From: an uncultured Alphaproteobacteria bacterium
GTDB lineage: Bacteria > Pseudomonadota > Alphaproteobacteria > Rhizobiales > Xanthobacteraceae
NCBI GenBank assembly: GCA_963828475.1
Contig: CAWHFN010000012.1
Span: forward strand, 25,439 to 89,438
Direction: 5' to 3'
DNA: 64,000 nucleotides
In this document: positions 49,276 to 59,193 of the stretch, piece after piece
Position numbering within the stretch: position 1 is the first letter of the stretch
How the letters are laid out: the number at the start of each line of letters is the position of its first letter
Program-made: the position numbers and the translations under genes
Notes under the pieces: generated by a model
What the model was told of the DNA's origin: nothing
The model's input: only the letters and a program-made list of their open reading frames with translations
Database searches by the model: none

Positions 49276-49866
49276 ATGGAAGGCATTCGCGACGCAGTGC
49301 ATCTGTGCATCGACATGCAGAACATCTTCGGCAAAGACGGCGTGTGGGAAACGCCGTGGATGGAAAGGGTATTGCCGGTCATCGCGGATATCTGCGCGCG
49401 GTACACGGAACGGACGGTGTTCACGCGCTTCATCACGCCCGAGCAGCCGCAAGACCGGCGCGGCCAGTGGCAGGCCTACTTTACGACATGGCAGCGCGCG
49501 ACGCGCGGCAATCTCGCACCCGACGCGCTCGATATCGTGCCTGAGCTTGCGCGCTATTCGCCGCCGGCACTTGTCATCGACAAGCCCGCCTATTCGGCAT
49601 TCTTCGGCTCACGGCTCGGTCATTTGCTGGTGGAGCGACATGTCGGGACGGTGGTGGTGTCAGGCGCAGAGACCGACGTCTGCGTACTTTCCACCGTGCT
49701 CGGCGCGGTCGATCTCGGTTTTCGCGTGGTGATCGTGCAGGACGCCCTGTGCAGTTCCTCGGACACCGGCCACGATGCGCTGATGACCATGTACCGGACG
49801 CGGTTCAACAAGCAGATTGATCTGGTCAGCGCAGAGGAGCTGTTCGAGATGTGGCCTCCGGATTAG
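49276..49866 (+). CDS. Isochorismatase-family cysteine hydrolase
   Basis: IDMQN, DKPAYSAF and GAETDVCVLST catalytic motifs. Confidence 0.88.
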   Translation: MEGIRDAVHLCIDMQNIFGKDGVWETPWMERVLPVIADICARYTERTVFTRFITPEQPQDRRGQWQAYFTTWQRATRGNLAPDALDIVPELARYSPPALVIDKPAYSAFFGSRLGHLLVERHVGTVVVSGAETDVCVLSTVLGAVDLGFRVVIVQDALCSSSDTGHDALMTMYRTRFNKQIDLVSAEELFEMWPPD

Positions 49867-49936
49867 CCGCGCCGGGAACTGCCGCTACCCGTCCGACGTT
49901 GACTTCATTGCAGTCATCGCAGGAGAGGATCAACCT

Positions 49937-51013
49937 ATGACGGAGCCGGACGTTCGCCAGGGAATGCCGTCCGTCAAATTGCCCCGCTCGGAATTCGAGA
50001 AGCGCTATCGCGGCCGCTTCGTCGATCCGGCCTTCCAGCCGCTGCAGCGCGAACTCGACGCCATCGTCGCGGCCGCGTGGGATGCCTATAGCCATTCGCG
50101 AAAGGCGCCGCACACCCGCAAGGCCGGCCCCGGCTTCGCCGATCCGGACTATGAGATTTCGGTGGACTGGCTCGCCGCGCGCGAGGCTATTCTTGAAGCC
50201 CAGCGACGCCACGACGACGTAACCGCGCAACCGCGCATGCTCATCGTCAACGGCTCGACACGCAGCGAGCATACCTGCCCAGGCGAAATGTCGAAGAGCT
50301 GGCGGCTGGTCAAGCTCGCCGAGCCGGTGCTTGTCGAAATGGGATTCGCCGTCGACATCCTCGACCTGTCACGGCTGGCGTCGGAATACGGCCGGCAGAT
50401 TCATCCCTGCAAATCCTGCGTCTCCACCGCGATGCCGCTCTGTCACTGGCCGTGCAGTTGCTATCCGAATTATTCGCTCGGCCAGACCGACGATTGGATG
50501 AACGCGATCTATCCGCTGTGGGTCGCGGCCCACGGCATCCTGATCGTGGCGCCGGTGAACTGGTATCACGCTTCGACCGCGCTGAAGGCGATGATGGATC
50601 GCCTGGTGTGTGCCGACGGCGGCAATCCCGATCCGACGTCGACGCACGGCAAGCACGCCGATCAGGCCAAGGCGCTCGAGCTGAAGGGCTGGCCCTATCC
50701 GCGCCATCTGGCCGGGCGGCATTTCGGGCTCGTCGTGCACGGCGACAGCGCGGGCGCGGAGACATTTCGCCGCTCGCTTTCGGACTGGCTGACTGACATG
50801 GCGTTGATCTCGGCCGGGCGGACCAGCGTGGCCGATGGCTATATCGGCTATATGGAGCCCTACGCCACCTCGCACCAGGCACTCGACAAGGACCGTGAGT
50901 TTCAGGACGAGACGATCAACGTCGCCCGCGCGCTTGGCAATGCTGTGAAGCTCGCGCGTGCGGGGAAGCTGGAGAATCCGGCAGAGGGTCTTGCGGAGCC
51001 CAATCCGAAGTAG
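49937..51013 (+). CDS. Flavodoxin-like NAD(P)H-dependent FMN reductase with Cys cluster
   Basis: VNGSTRS, PCKSCVSTAMPLCHWPCSC, APVNWY and MDRLVC; RBS AGGAGAGG; start ATG 49937. Confidence 0.82.
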   Translation: MTEPDVRQGMPSVKLPRSEFEKRYRGRFVDPAFQPLQRELDAIVAAAWDAYSHSRKAPHTRKAGPGFADPDYEISVDWLAAREAILEAQRRHDDVTAQPRMLIVNGSTRSEHTCPGEMSKSWRLVKLAEPVLVEMGFAVDILDLSRLASEYGRQIHPCKSCVSTAMPLCHWPCSCYPNYSLGQTDDWMNAIYPLWVAAHGILIVAPVNWYHASTALKAMMDRLVCADGGNPDPTSTHGKHADQAKALELKGWPYPRHLAGRHFGLVVHGDSAGAETFRRSLSDWLTDMALISAGRTSVADGYIGYMEPYATSHQALDKDREFQDETINVARALGNAVKLARAGKLENPAEGLAEPNPK

Positions 51014-51016
51014 CTT

Positions 51017-51094
51017 CGTAGGATGCGTTGAGCGCAGCTATACCCATCACTCTCCGCGCAAGAAATGATGGGTATCGCTGCGACCCATCCTACG
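51017..51094. repeat. Inverted pair of GTAG-type REP sequences
   Basis: CGTAGGATG…ATACCCATCA followed by TGATGGGTAT…CATCCTACG between convergent genes. Confidence 0.78.
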
Positions 51095-51102
51095 CGCCGC
51101 AG

Positions 51103-51960
51103 CTACGCGCCCTTCCCGTAGCTGTAAAACCCCTGCCCGGTTTTGCGGCCGAGATGGCCGGCGGCGACCATTTCCTTCAGCAGCGGCGCGGGGCGGTATT
51201 TCGGATCGTTGAAGCCCTGGTAGAAGACTTCCATCACCGACAGCATGGTGTCGAGACCGATCATGTCGGCGAGCGCCAGCGGGCCGATCGGGTGGTTGCA
51301 GCCGAGCTTCATGCCGGCGTCGAGGTCTTCGGCCGTGGCGATGCCTTCCTGAAGCGCAAAGATCGCCTCGTTGATCATCGGGCACAGGATGCGGTTGACC
51401 GCAAAGCCCGGGCTGTTCTTCGCCGTGATCGAGACCTTGCCGATCTTTTTCGAAAACGCTTCCGCCTTGGCATGCGTATCGTCCGACGTCTGCAGGCCGC
51501 GGATCAATTCCAGCAGCGCCATCAGCGGCACCGGATTGAAGAAGTGCAGGCCGATGAAGCGGTCCGGCCTATCCGTCGCGGCGGCGAGCTTGGTGATCGA
51601 GATCGATGAGGTGTTGGTGGCGAGCAGCGCCCGCGGCTGCAGCTTTGCGCAGAGATCCTTCAGGATCTTCACCTTCAGGTCTTCGTTCTCGGTCGCCGCC
51701 TCGATCACGAGATCGCAGGTGGAAAATTTCGCCGTGTCCGTGCTCGTCGTGATCCGCGCCAGCGCGGCCTGCCTGTCGGCATCGGTCATCTTCTGCTTGT
51801 TGACCAGCCGCTCCAGGCTGTTCGACACCACCGACATGCCGCGGGTTAGCGCTGCGTCGGAGATGTCGGTCATGACGACGGGAAGACCGGCGGCGGCACA
51901 CACCTGCGCGATGCCGTTGCCCATGGTGCCCGCGCCGACGATGCCGATTGTTTCGATCAT
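51103..51960 (-). CDS. 3-hydroxybutyryl-CoA / 3-hydroxyacyl-CoA dehydrogenase
   Basis: GAGTMGNG, IEAATE, TNTSSISIT, GLHFFNP, NHPIGP and GRKTGQGFY. Confidence 0.92.
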   Translation of the reverse strand: MIETIGIVGAGTMGNGIAQVCAAAGLPVVMTDISDAALTRGMSVVSNSLERLVNKQKMTDADRQAALARITTSTDTAKFSTCDLVIEAATENEDLKVKILKDLCAKLQPRALLATNTSSISITKLAAATDRPDRFIGLHFFNPVPLMALLELIRGLQTSDDTHAKAEAFSKKIGKVSITAKNSPGFAVNRILCPMINEAIFALQEGIATAEDLDAGMKLGCNHPIGPLALADMIGLDTMLSVMEVFYQGFNDPKYRPAPLLKEMVAAGHLGRKTGQGFYSYGKGA

Positions 51961-52034
51961 GGGGAAAACTCCGTTATTGAATGCATGCCCGCATCGTTAT
52001 CAGAGTGCCGCAGCCGTCGGTAGTGTGCAGAGCT

Positions 52035-52114
52035 TAGTATGGGTGGAGCGAAGCGATACCCATCAATGGTGCTTCAAGGAAGGTGAAGGGTATCGCTTCG
52101 CTCCACCCATCCTA
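52035..52114. repeat. Inverted pair of REP sequences (same family as 51017-51094)
   Basis: ATGGGTGGAGCGAAGCGATACCC and its reverse complement GGGTATCGCTTCGCTCCACCCAT. Confidence 0.8.
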
Positions 52115-52120
52115 AGCCCC

Positions 52121-53506
52121 CTACTCCGCCGCCTGCCTCACATACCTTGCCGTCGGCGTGCGCATCGTCACCAGCTCTTCCGCCGCGGTCGGATGGAGCG
52201 CGATGGTCGCGTCGAAATCGGCCTTGGTCGCCTTCATCTTCACGGCGATGGCGACCGCCTGGACGATTTCGGCCGCCGTGTCGCCGACGATATGACAGCC
52301 GAGTACGCGGTCCGTCGTGCCGTCGACCACGAGCTTCATCAGCACGCGGGTGTCCCGGCCCGACATCGTCGCCTTGATGGGGCGGAAATCGGCCTTGTAG
52401 ATATCGACGTGACTGAATTCCGCGCGGGCTTCGGCTTCGGTCAGGCCCACCGTGCCGACTTCGGGCTGCGAGAACACCGCCGTCGGGATCGTCGCGTGAT
52501 CTACTGCTACCTGCCGCTTGCCGAATACGGTATCGGCGAAGGCATGGCCCTCGCGGATCGCAACCGGCGTCAAATTGAGGCGATGAGTGACGTCGCCGAT
52601 GGCGTAGATGTTGTCGACCGAGGTCTTCGACCAGCCGTCGACGGCGATGCCACCATTCGCCGGGTTGATGGCGACGCCGGCCTTCTCGAGCCCAAGATTG
52701 GCGACGTTCGGGTGCCGCCCGATCGCGAACATCACTTTCTCTGAGGCAATGCTCGAACCGCTCGAAAGGTGTGTGGTGAATTCGTTGCCGTGCCTGTCCA
52801 CCTTGTCGATGGTGCAGCCGGTGATGATGGTAATGCCCTGCTTCTCCATCTCGGCGCGGACGTGGTTGCGGACGTCCTCGTCGAAGCCTCGCAAAATGTT
52901 GTCGCCGCGATAGATCACCGTCACGTCGGAGCCGTAGCCGGCAAAAATGCCGGCGAATTCCAGCGCGATATAGCCGCCGCCCTGGATCACGATGCGCTTC
53001 GGCAGTTCGGTGAGATGAAACGCCTCGTTCGAGGAAATGACGTGCTCGATGCCGGGAATTTCGCGCCCGTGGTTGGGCGCGCCGCCGGTCGCGATCAGGA
53101 TGTATTTTGCGGTGACCTTTTCGCCGGTCATCAGCCGCAGCGTGTGGGCGTCTTCCAGCACCGCGCGGGTCTTTGCGATGCGGGCGCCTGATTTCTCGAC
53201 ATTGGCGGCGTAGATGCTTTCGAGGCGGGCGATCTCCTTGTCCTTGTTGGCGACCAGCGTCGGCCAGTCGAAGGAAACGTCCGATATGGTCCAGCCGAAA
53301 CCGGCTGCGTCCGCGATCTCGTGACGGACGTGCGAACCCATCACGAACAATTTTTTCGGCACGCACCCGCGGATCACGCAGGTGCCGCCCATCCGGTATT
53401 CTTCGGCGACCATGACCCTGGCGCCGTAGCCGGCGGCGATGCGGGCGGCGCGAACGCCGCCCGAACCACCACCGATGACGAACAGATCGACGTCGAACTC
53501 AGCCAT
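52121..53506 (-). CDS. gor: Glutathione-disulfide reductase
   Basis: GGGSGG, GGTCVIRGCVPKK redox disulfide, GGGYIA and HPTAAEE. Confidence 0.95.
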   Translation of the reverse strand: MAEFDVDLFVIGGGSGGVRAARIAAGYGARVMVAEEYRMGGTCVIRGCVPKKLFVMGSHVRHEIADAAGFGWTISDVSFDWPTLVANKDKEIARLESIYAANVEKSGARIAKTRAVLEDAHTLRLMTGEKVTAKYILIATGGAPNHGREIPGIEHVISSNEAFHLTELPKRIVIQGGGYIALEFAGIFAGYGSDVTVIYRGDNILRGFDEDVRNHVRAEMEKQGITIITGCTIDKVDRHGNEFTTHLSSGSSIASEKVMFAIGRHPNVANLGLEKAGVAINPANGGIAVDGWSKTSVDNIYAIGDVTHRLNLTPVAIREGHAFADTVFGKRQVAVDHATIPTAVFSQPEVGTVGLTEAEARAEFSHVDIYKADFRPIKATMSGRDTRVLMKLVVDGTTDRVLGCHIVGDTAAEIVQAVAIAVKMKATKADFDATIALHPTAAEELVTMRTPTARYVRQAAE

Positions 53507-53540
53507 ATCAATCTCGCCCGAAGCCGCTTCTGGTTTCTCT

Positions 53541-53599
53541 TCTTGTTTGACGCGTTTTCTTCATGCGAACCGGAAGTCCACTTCGCGTGAAAACGCTAT
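53541..53599. repeat. RIME-like module (second copy)
   Basis: TTTGACGCGTTTTCTT…GCGAACCGG…TCCACTTCGC…GAAAACGC matches 4449-4497. Confidence 0.78.
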
Positions 53600-54138
53600 C
53601 AAATATCCTTGCCGCGCTTCTTCATCTCGGCGCGGAACTGGCCGTTGATGACTTCGGCGAAGGCCTGCGCCCACTGGTTCATGTAGGACATGCTGAACTG
53701 GATGGCGCGAGGCTCGGCGGCCAGCAGTTTCTGGCCGAGCGGCGACTTGTAGAAGGTGACGAGGTCCTTCAGCTCCTGCTCGGTGAACTCGTTGGCGTAG
53801 ACCTGCGCCATGCCCTCGCCGATTTCCTTCTCGCGGCCGGCAAGATTCTTGGCAACGATCACAGCGACCTCGTTGAGGTCCTTCTGGTAGTTCAGATTGC
53901 TCTGCATCAGCACGTTCTTGGTCTGCTCGACGAGATTGGGAACGGCGTTGGCATACATCGCGCTCGCGTTCTTCATCGCCAGGATTTCCTTGGCGGCGGC
54001 GATCGCCGCCGGCGAGCCGGGCTTGAGTTGCGCGGTAGCGGCAGGCGCATTTTTCTGCTGCGCCTCGGCCGGAATGGCGGTCAGCGCCAGTCCTGCTGCA
54101 AGGCCGGCCGCCGACAAAATCCGTGAAAGGCTCTTCAT
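53599..54138 (-). CDS. DUF2059-domain periplasmic protein
   Basis: Signal peptide; FTEQELKDLVTFYKSPLGQK motif; start ATG 54138. Confidence 0.85.
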   Translation of the reverse strand: MKSLSRILSAAGLAAGLALTAIPAEAQQKNAPAATAQLKPGSPAAIAAAKEILAMKNASAMYANAVPNLVEQTKNVLMQSNLNYQKDLNEVAVIVAKNLAGREKEIGEGMAQVYANEFTEQELKDLVTFYKSPLGQKLLAAEPRAIQFSMSYMNQWAQAFAEVINGQFRAEMKKRGKDI

Positions 54139-54163
54139 TCCGATTTCTCCTCGATTACCGGCG

Positions 54164-54862
54164 TTACCGCCGCTCAACTACGCGAATTCCCTGGGCACCT
54201 GCCAGGACGGCGATGCTGGCCAGGCCAATGAACAACCCGTGTTCGACGACACCCGGGATCAGGCTCAAGAGGCCCGCCAGACGCGGCGCATCCACGATGC
54301 GCCCGAGATGGGCATCGACAATCCAGTGGCCGCCATCGGTGACAAAAACGTGGCCGTCCTTGCCCTTGCGGAGCCCCATTTGCCCGGAAACGCCGCTTTG
54401 GGCAAATGCCGTGGCCATGGCCCGTTGGGTAGCGGCCAGCCCGAATGGAATTACCTCCACAGGTAGGGGAAAACGGCCGAGAACATCGACCCATTTGGTA
54501 TCGTCGGCAATCACGATCATGCGATCGGAGGCCGCCGCCACGATCTTCTCGCGCAACAGCGCGCCGCCGCCGCCCTTGATCAGGTTCAGCGCGCCATCGA
54601 GCTCGTCGGCGCCGTCGACGGTGAGATCGAGCCGGTCGATTTCATCGAGCGTGGTCAGCGGAATTTTGCACGCTTCGGCCTGGGCGCGGGTCGCTTCCGA
54701 TGTCGGTACGCCCACCACGCGTAACCCGCCGGCAACCCTCTGGCCGAGCAGGTCGACGAAATGCCTGGCGGTCGAGCCGGTGCCGAGTCCGAGCTTCATG
54801 CCGTCCTGCACATGCTCCAGCGCCTGTGCCGCCGCCTGCCGCTTAAGTCCGTCCATATCCAC
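54164..54862 (-). CDS. rpiA: Ribose-5-phosphate isomerase A
   Basis: [23 protein letters not shown] and GVVEHGLF. Confidence 0.95.
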   Translation of the reverse strand: MDMDGLKRQAAAQALEHVQDGMKLGLGTGSTARHFVDLLGQRVAGGLRVVGVPTSEATRAQAEACKIPLTTLDEIDRLDLTVDGADELDGALNLIKGGGGALLREKIVAAASDRMIVIADDTKWVDVLGRFPLPVEVIPFGLAATQRAMATAFAQSGVSGQMGLRKGKDGHVFVTDGGHWIVDAHLGRIVDAPRLAGLLSLIPGVVEHGLFIGLASIAVLAGAQGIRVVERR

Positions 54863-54958
54863 GTGCCGAATGCCTTCCGAAATCCGCCGATCCGCGGGCG
54901 CATGTCTAGCGTCGTTTGGGCCGCAGGAATAGCGCCATAAGACGCTATGCAAGGGGGA

Positions 54959-55795
54959 TTATGGAGCCTCTACCCGATCCATCGCGGCCAGAATGGCGGC
55001 AAATCGCGGCTCGACCTGGGCCCGCATGCCGGGATGGGTGAAAATGTAGAGTTCTTCCTCCCGGATCGCGGCCAGCACGCGCGCGGCGACGGTGGCGGGA
55101 TCGAGCCCCGCCTCGATCTGCCGTGCGATCTCGGCGACCATGGCGGCCGCCGGACTGGCGGGATCGAGCGGCTGCGATTGCCCGTAACGCACCGGCCGGT
55201 TGCGCCCGCTCTCGCCGATCCGGGTACGGACGAAGCTCGGACACAGGACGCTTACGCCGATGCCGAATGGCTTGAGCTGAAGGCTAAGGCCCTCCGACAT
55301 GCTGACGACGGCAAACTTGCTCGCCGCGTAAGGACTAAACCCCAGTCCGCCGTCCATGCCCGCCATCGATGCGGTGTTGACGATATGACCGCCTTCGCCG
55401 TGGGCGCGGATGTGCGGCAGGAAGCTTTTGATGCCGTGAAGCACGCCCATCAGGTTCACGTCGATGACCCATCGCCAATTATCCAGCGAGATGTGGTCGA
55501 TACCGCCGCCGGCAGCGACGCCGGCATTGTTGCAGACCACATGCACATTCCCAAAGGCGTCGAATGCGGCCTGCGCCGCGCGCTCGACGCTTGCAGCGTC
55601 GGCCACATCGCAGATGGTGCCGCTTATGTCGGGGGAGATTTCCTGCAGGCTTTTGACGGCAGCCTGCAGGGCATCCGGCTCGATATCGGCCAGCATCACC
55701 TTCATGCCGGATTGTGCAAACGCCCGGCCGAGCGCAAGCCCGATACCTGCGGCTCCGCCGGTTACAAAGGCTGTCTTGCCGGCGAATTCTCGCAT
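54959..55795 (-). CDS. SDR family NAD(P)-dependent oxidoreductase
   Basis: TGGAAGIG, NNAG, NTAS and YAASK. Confidence 0.9.
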   Translation of the reverse strand: MREFAGKTAFVTGGAAGIGLALGRAFAQSGMKVMLADIEPDALQAAVKSLQEISPDISGTICDVADAASVERAAQAAFDAFGNVHVVCNNAGVAAGGGIDHISLDNWRWVIDVNLMGVLHGIKSFLPHIRAHGEGGHIVNTASMAGMDGGLGFSPYAASKFAVVSMSEGLSLQLKPFGIGVSVLCPSFVRTRIGESGRNRPVRYGQSQPLDPASPAAAMVAEIARQIEAGLDPATVAARVLAAIREEELYIFTHPGMRAQVEPRFAAILAAMDRVEAP

Positions 55796-55862
55796 GGCGG
55801 TTCCTCCCGGGATTTGAACTTCCCTACTTGCATGATGCTTTGCCTGCCGCTAGCGAATTCCC

Positions 55863-56549
55863 ATGACCCTTCCCCGCACCATTGTCTTCGACCTCGATGG
55901 CACCCTCGTCGACACCGCGCCCGACCTGATCGCCGCGCTCAATTTCGTGCTCGACCGTGAAGGCGTGCCGCCCGTCCCGCTGAAATCGGCGCGCAACATG
56001 ATCGGCGCCGGCGCCCGCAAGCTGATCGAGCGCGGCCTCGAGCTGGAAGGCCTCACGATGAGCGTCGAGGACGTCAACCGCCTCTTCCGCAATTTCATCG
56101 ACTATTACGCCGCCCACATTGCGGACGCCTCGCGGCCGTTCGAGGGGCTGGAAGCCGCCCTCGATGAGCTTGCGGCGCAGGGCTGCCGCTTCGCGGTGTG
56201 CACCAACAAGCTGGAATGGCTGTCGAAGCGGCTGCTCGACCAATTGGGCCTGGGCGGACGATTTTCCGCCATCTGCGGCGCCGACACGTTCGGCGTCTCG
56301 AAGCCTGACCCCATCATCCTGCAGCAGACGGTGGCGCGGGCGGGCGGCGACATGGCTGCAACCATCATGGTCGGCGATGCCGGTCCCGACGTCGGCGTGG
56401 CGAGGCGAGCCGGCATTCCCGTGATCGGGGTCGAGTTCGGCTACACCGATGTGCCGATCGCCGAACTGAAGCCCGACCGGCTGATCGGGCATATGTGCGA
56501 GCTGCCGGCGGCGGTGGAAAGCCTCAGCAAGGCTCCGTCCCGTTCATAA
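55863..56549 (+). CDS. gph: HAD-family phosphoglycolate phosphatase
   Basis: FDLDGTLVD, CTNK, KPDP and MVGD motifs. Confidence 0.82.
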   Translation: MTLPRTIVFDLDGTLVDTAPDLIAALNFVLDREGVPPVPLKSARNMIGAGARKLIERGLELEGLTMSVEDVNRLFRNFIDYYAAHIADASRPFEGLEAALDELAAQGCRFAVCTNKLEWLSKRLLDQLGLGGRFSAICGADTFGVSKPDPIILQQTVARAGGDMAATIMVGDAGPDVGVARRAGIPVIGVEFGYTDVPIAELKPDRLIGHMCELPAAVESLSKAPSRS

Positions 56550-56592
56550 CCATCTGATTTGTCAGATGTATTTAAATAGCTAATACTCGGCG

Positions 56593-56607
56593 TTAACCAT
56601 TCTTTAA
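56593..56607. promoter_or_regulatory. Perfect CtrA box TTAA-CCATTCT-TTAA
   Basis: Exact TTAA-N7-TTAA, about 95 nt upstream of the lipoprotein gene. Confidence 0.65.
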
Positions 56608-56702
56608 CGATTTTGCCCTGATTGGTTGCAGCTTTGTTCTTGCGCTCCTATGGTTCGCCGTTGGGGACTGTGGCGGATTGCCGCAAGTCAGAGTGATCCA
56701 TC

Positions 56703-57136
56703 ATGCGTCGTGTCATCGCGATTGCCGTCGCGGGGCTAGCCTCGCCGGCTGCTCGGCGTTTTCTCTGGATTCCTTCAAGCCGGCGCCGCCGACGGTGAAG
56801 GTTGCGCTGGAATCGGCGCCACCGGGAGCGGATGCCACGACATCACTCGGACCGGCCTGCAAAACCCCCTGCTCGATCGACGTGCCCGCACCCGACGCCG
56901 GCTTCTCCGTCACCTTCGCCAGCCCCAAGTTCCAGCCGGTCACGGTTCCGGTCCAGGTGATCCGCAATCCCGGCGATTTTGCCTCGCCGGCGGCGACCAT
57001 CATCGATCCGAGCCCGGTGTTCGCGGAACTCACGCCGGCCGCGCCGCCGCCGAAGGCGCGCAAGCCGATGCGCCCGAAGAAGCCCAAGGCCGCCGCGGCG
57101 CCGACCGCTGCCCCGGAGCAGCCTGCGACCCGCTGA
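56703..57136 (+). CDS. PEGA-like lipoprotein; -1 frameshift in the G4 run at 56732-56735
   Basis: MRRVIAIAVAG joins ASLAGC (lipobox) if one G is added, giving 145 codons; SAPPGADA and CKTPC motifs. Confidence 0.72.
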
Positions 57137-57271
57137 ATCCCGGCGGCGCCTCCCGGACCTCGCAACTGCACCTGCAAGCTTGCTGATTGTAGGCGCCTTA
57201 CAACGTGCCTAGATTATGCTAGCGAGCTAACACCTGAAGACCCGGTACAAGGCAGTTGCAAGGCAGCTTGA

Positions 57272-58300
57272 ATGAGCGGATTCCCGTCACACGATCAGTT
57301 GTTCCAGCCGATGGTCGACCCTTTCGGCCGGACCATCCGGTACCTGCGCGTGTCGGTAACCGATCGCTGCGACCTGCGTTGCTTCTACTGCATGTCCGAG
57401 GACATGACCTTCCTGCCGAAAGCCGATCTCTTGACGCTGGAAGAACTCGACCGGCTGTGCTCGGCCTTCATCGCCAAGGGCGTGCGCAAGATCCGCCTCA
57501 CCGGCGGCGAACCGCTGGTCCGGCGCAACGTGATGTCGCTGGTACGCTCGCTGTCGCGGCATCTTTCGAGCGGCGCGCTTGATGAACTGACGCTGACGAC
57601 CAACGCTTCGCAACTGGCGCGCTTCGCCGGCGAATTGCGCGACTGCGGCGTTCGTCGCGTCAACGTCTCGCTCGACACGCTCGATGCGCAGAAATTCCGC
57701 GCCATCACGCGCTGGGGCGATCTCGACAAGGTGTTGGCTGGCATCGAAGCCGCGCGCGACGCAGGCCTCGCGGTCAAGATCAACGCGGTCGCGCTGAAGA
57801 ACATGAACGAGGAGGAAATCCCCTCGCTGATGGAATGGGCGCACGGCAAGGGCATGGCACTGACGCTGATCGAAGTCATGCCGATGGGCGACATCGGCGA
57901 AGGCCGGATCGACCAGTACGTGCCGCTGTCGCTGCTCCGCGCCCGCCTCGCCCAGCACTACACGCTGACCGACCTCGATGAAGATACCGGCGGCCCCGCC
58001 CGTTACGTCCGGGTCGGTGAAACCGGCGGCAAGCTCGGCTTCATCACGCCGATGACCCATAATTTCTGCGAGTCCTGTAACCGGGTACGGATCACCTGCA
58101 CCGGGACGCTGCACACCTGCCTCGGCCATGAGGATGCCTCCGATTTGCGCAGGCCGTTGCGAGCCTCCGCCGACGACGACCTGCTGTCGGCCGCGATCGA
58201 TCGCGCCATCGGGCTGAAGCCGAAGGGGCACGACTTCATCATCGACCGCCGGCATAACCGCCCCAGTGTCAGCCGGCACATGAGCGTTACCGGCGGTTGA
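57272..58300 (+). CDS. moaA: GTP 3',8-cyclase (molybdopterin biosynthesis)
   Basis: [15 protein letters not shown] radical SAM motif, TGGEP and FCESCNRVR…TC. Confidence 0.95.
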   Translation: MSGFPSHDQLFQPMVDPFGRTIRYLRVSVTDRCDLRCFYCMSEDMTFLPKADLLTLEELDRLCSAFIAKGVRKIRLTGGEPLVRRNVMSLVRSLSRHLSSGALDELTLTTNASQLARFAGELRDCGVRRVNVSLDTLDAQKFRAITRWGDLDKVLAGIEAARDAGLAVKINAVALKNMNEEEIPSLMEWAHGKGMALTLIEVMPMGDIGEGRIDQYVPLSLLRARLAQHYTLTDLDEDTGGPARYVRVGETGGKLGFITPMTHNFCESCNRVRITCTGTLHTCLGHEDASDLRRPLRASADDDLLSAAIDRAIGLKPKGHDFIIDRRHNRPSVSRHMSVTGG

Positions 58301-58653
58301 AATTTTCGGTGCGAGGTTAAGGCTGTTCGGCAACAATTGCGCCCTGCGCGCCGATTTTCCATTCCCCAATTGACGCCGCCCCGCCGCACTGAAATGGTGC
58401 GGCCGCTTTCACGCCAGCACGGCCGCGACAGGCCGCTGCATCTTCAAGGTGCAGTCAAGACGGCGGTAGCACGAGATGGGGGGACTATCGTCGCAATCGC
58501 TCCAGCGAATGAGCTGTGGATCCGCGCGCGCTTCGCGCCGGAACGACCCCGCGCGCCTGCCGCGCGGCGGCGGCTCTGCATGCCTGGCGGGACGTTGCGA
58601 TGCAATATCAATGAAAAATCCGGTGCGTCGATGACGTGTCCGAGGAGAGCGCA

Positions 58654-59193
58654 ATGCGTCCATTGCTGGCACTGAGCAATTCAATCGATTGGCTCAATGA
58701 GAAACTAGGCGGCATCTGCAACTGGCTCGTGCTCGCAGCCTGCGTGGTGAGCGCCGCCAACGCCATGATCCGCTACGCCTTCGGCTACTCTTCCAACGCC
58801 TGGCTCGAATTGCAGTGGTACATGTTCGCCGTCTTCGTGATGTTCGGCGCCTCCTATACCTTCAAGAAGAACGAGCATGTTCGCGTCGAAATTCTCTATC
58901 TGATGCTGTCCGAGCGCGGCCAGCTCCGGCTCGATCTGATCGGAACGCTTTGCTTCCTGATCCCGTCCTGCCTGCTGCTCAGCTATCTATCCTGGCCATT
59001 CTTCATGCAGGCCTACGTCGTCGGCGAGGCCTCGAGCAATGCCGGCGGCCTGCTGCGCTGGCCGATCAAGCTCGTCGTTCCCGTGGGCTTCGTTCTGCTG
59101 GCGCTGCAGGGCGTCTCCGAGGTGATCAAGCGCATCGCTGCGCTGAAGGGTTATGTCGTGATCGATGCGAAATACGAGAGGCCCACCCAATGA
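58654..59193 (+). CDS. TRAP transporter small permease DctQ, copy 1
   Basis: ELQWYMF and NEHVRVE motifs, four TM helices; RBS GAGGAG. Confidence 0.88.
   Translation: MRPLLALSNSIDWLNEKLGGICNWLVLAACVVSAANAMIRYAFGYSSNAWLELQWYMFAVFVMFGASYTFKKNEHVRVEILYLMLSERGQLRLDLIGTLCFLIPSCLLLSYLSWPFFMQAYVVGEASSNAGGLLRWPIKLVVPVGFVLLALQGVSEVIKRIAALKGYVVIDAKYERPTQ

Noticed and set aside
58301-58653. Riboswitch in the long leader before the TRAP genes
   Set aside because: GC-rich hairpins are present but no aptamer consensus I can recognise; an Rfam scan would be decisive
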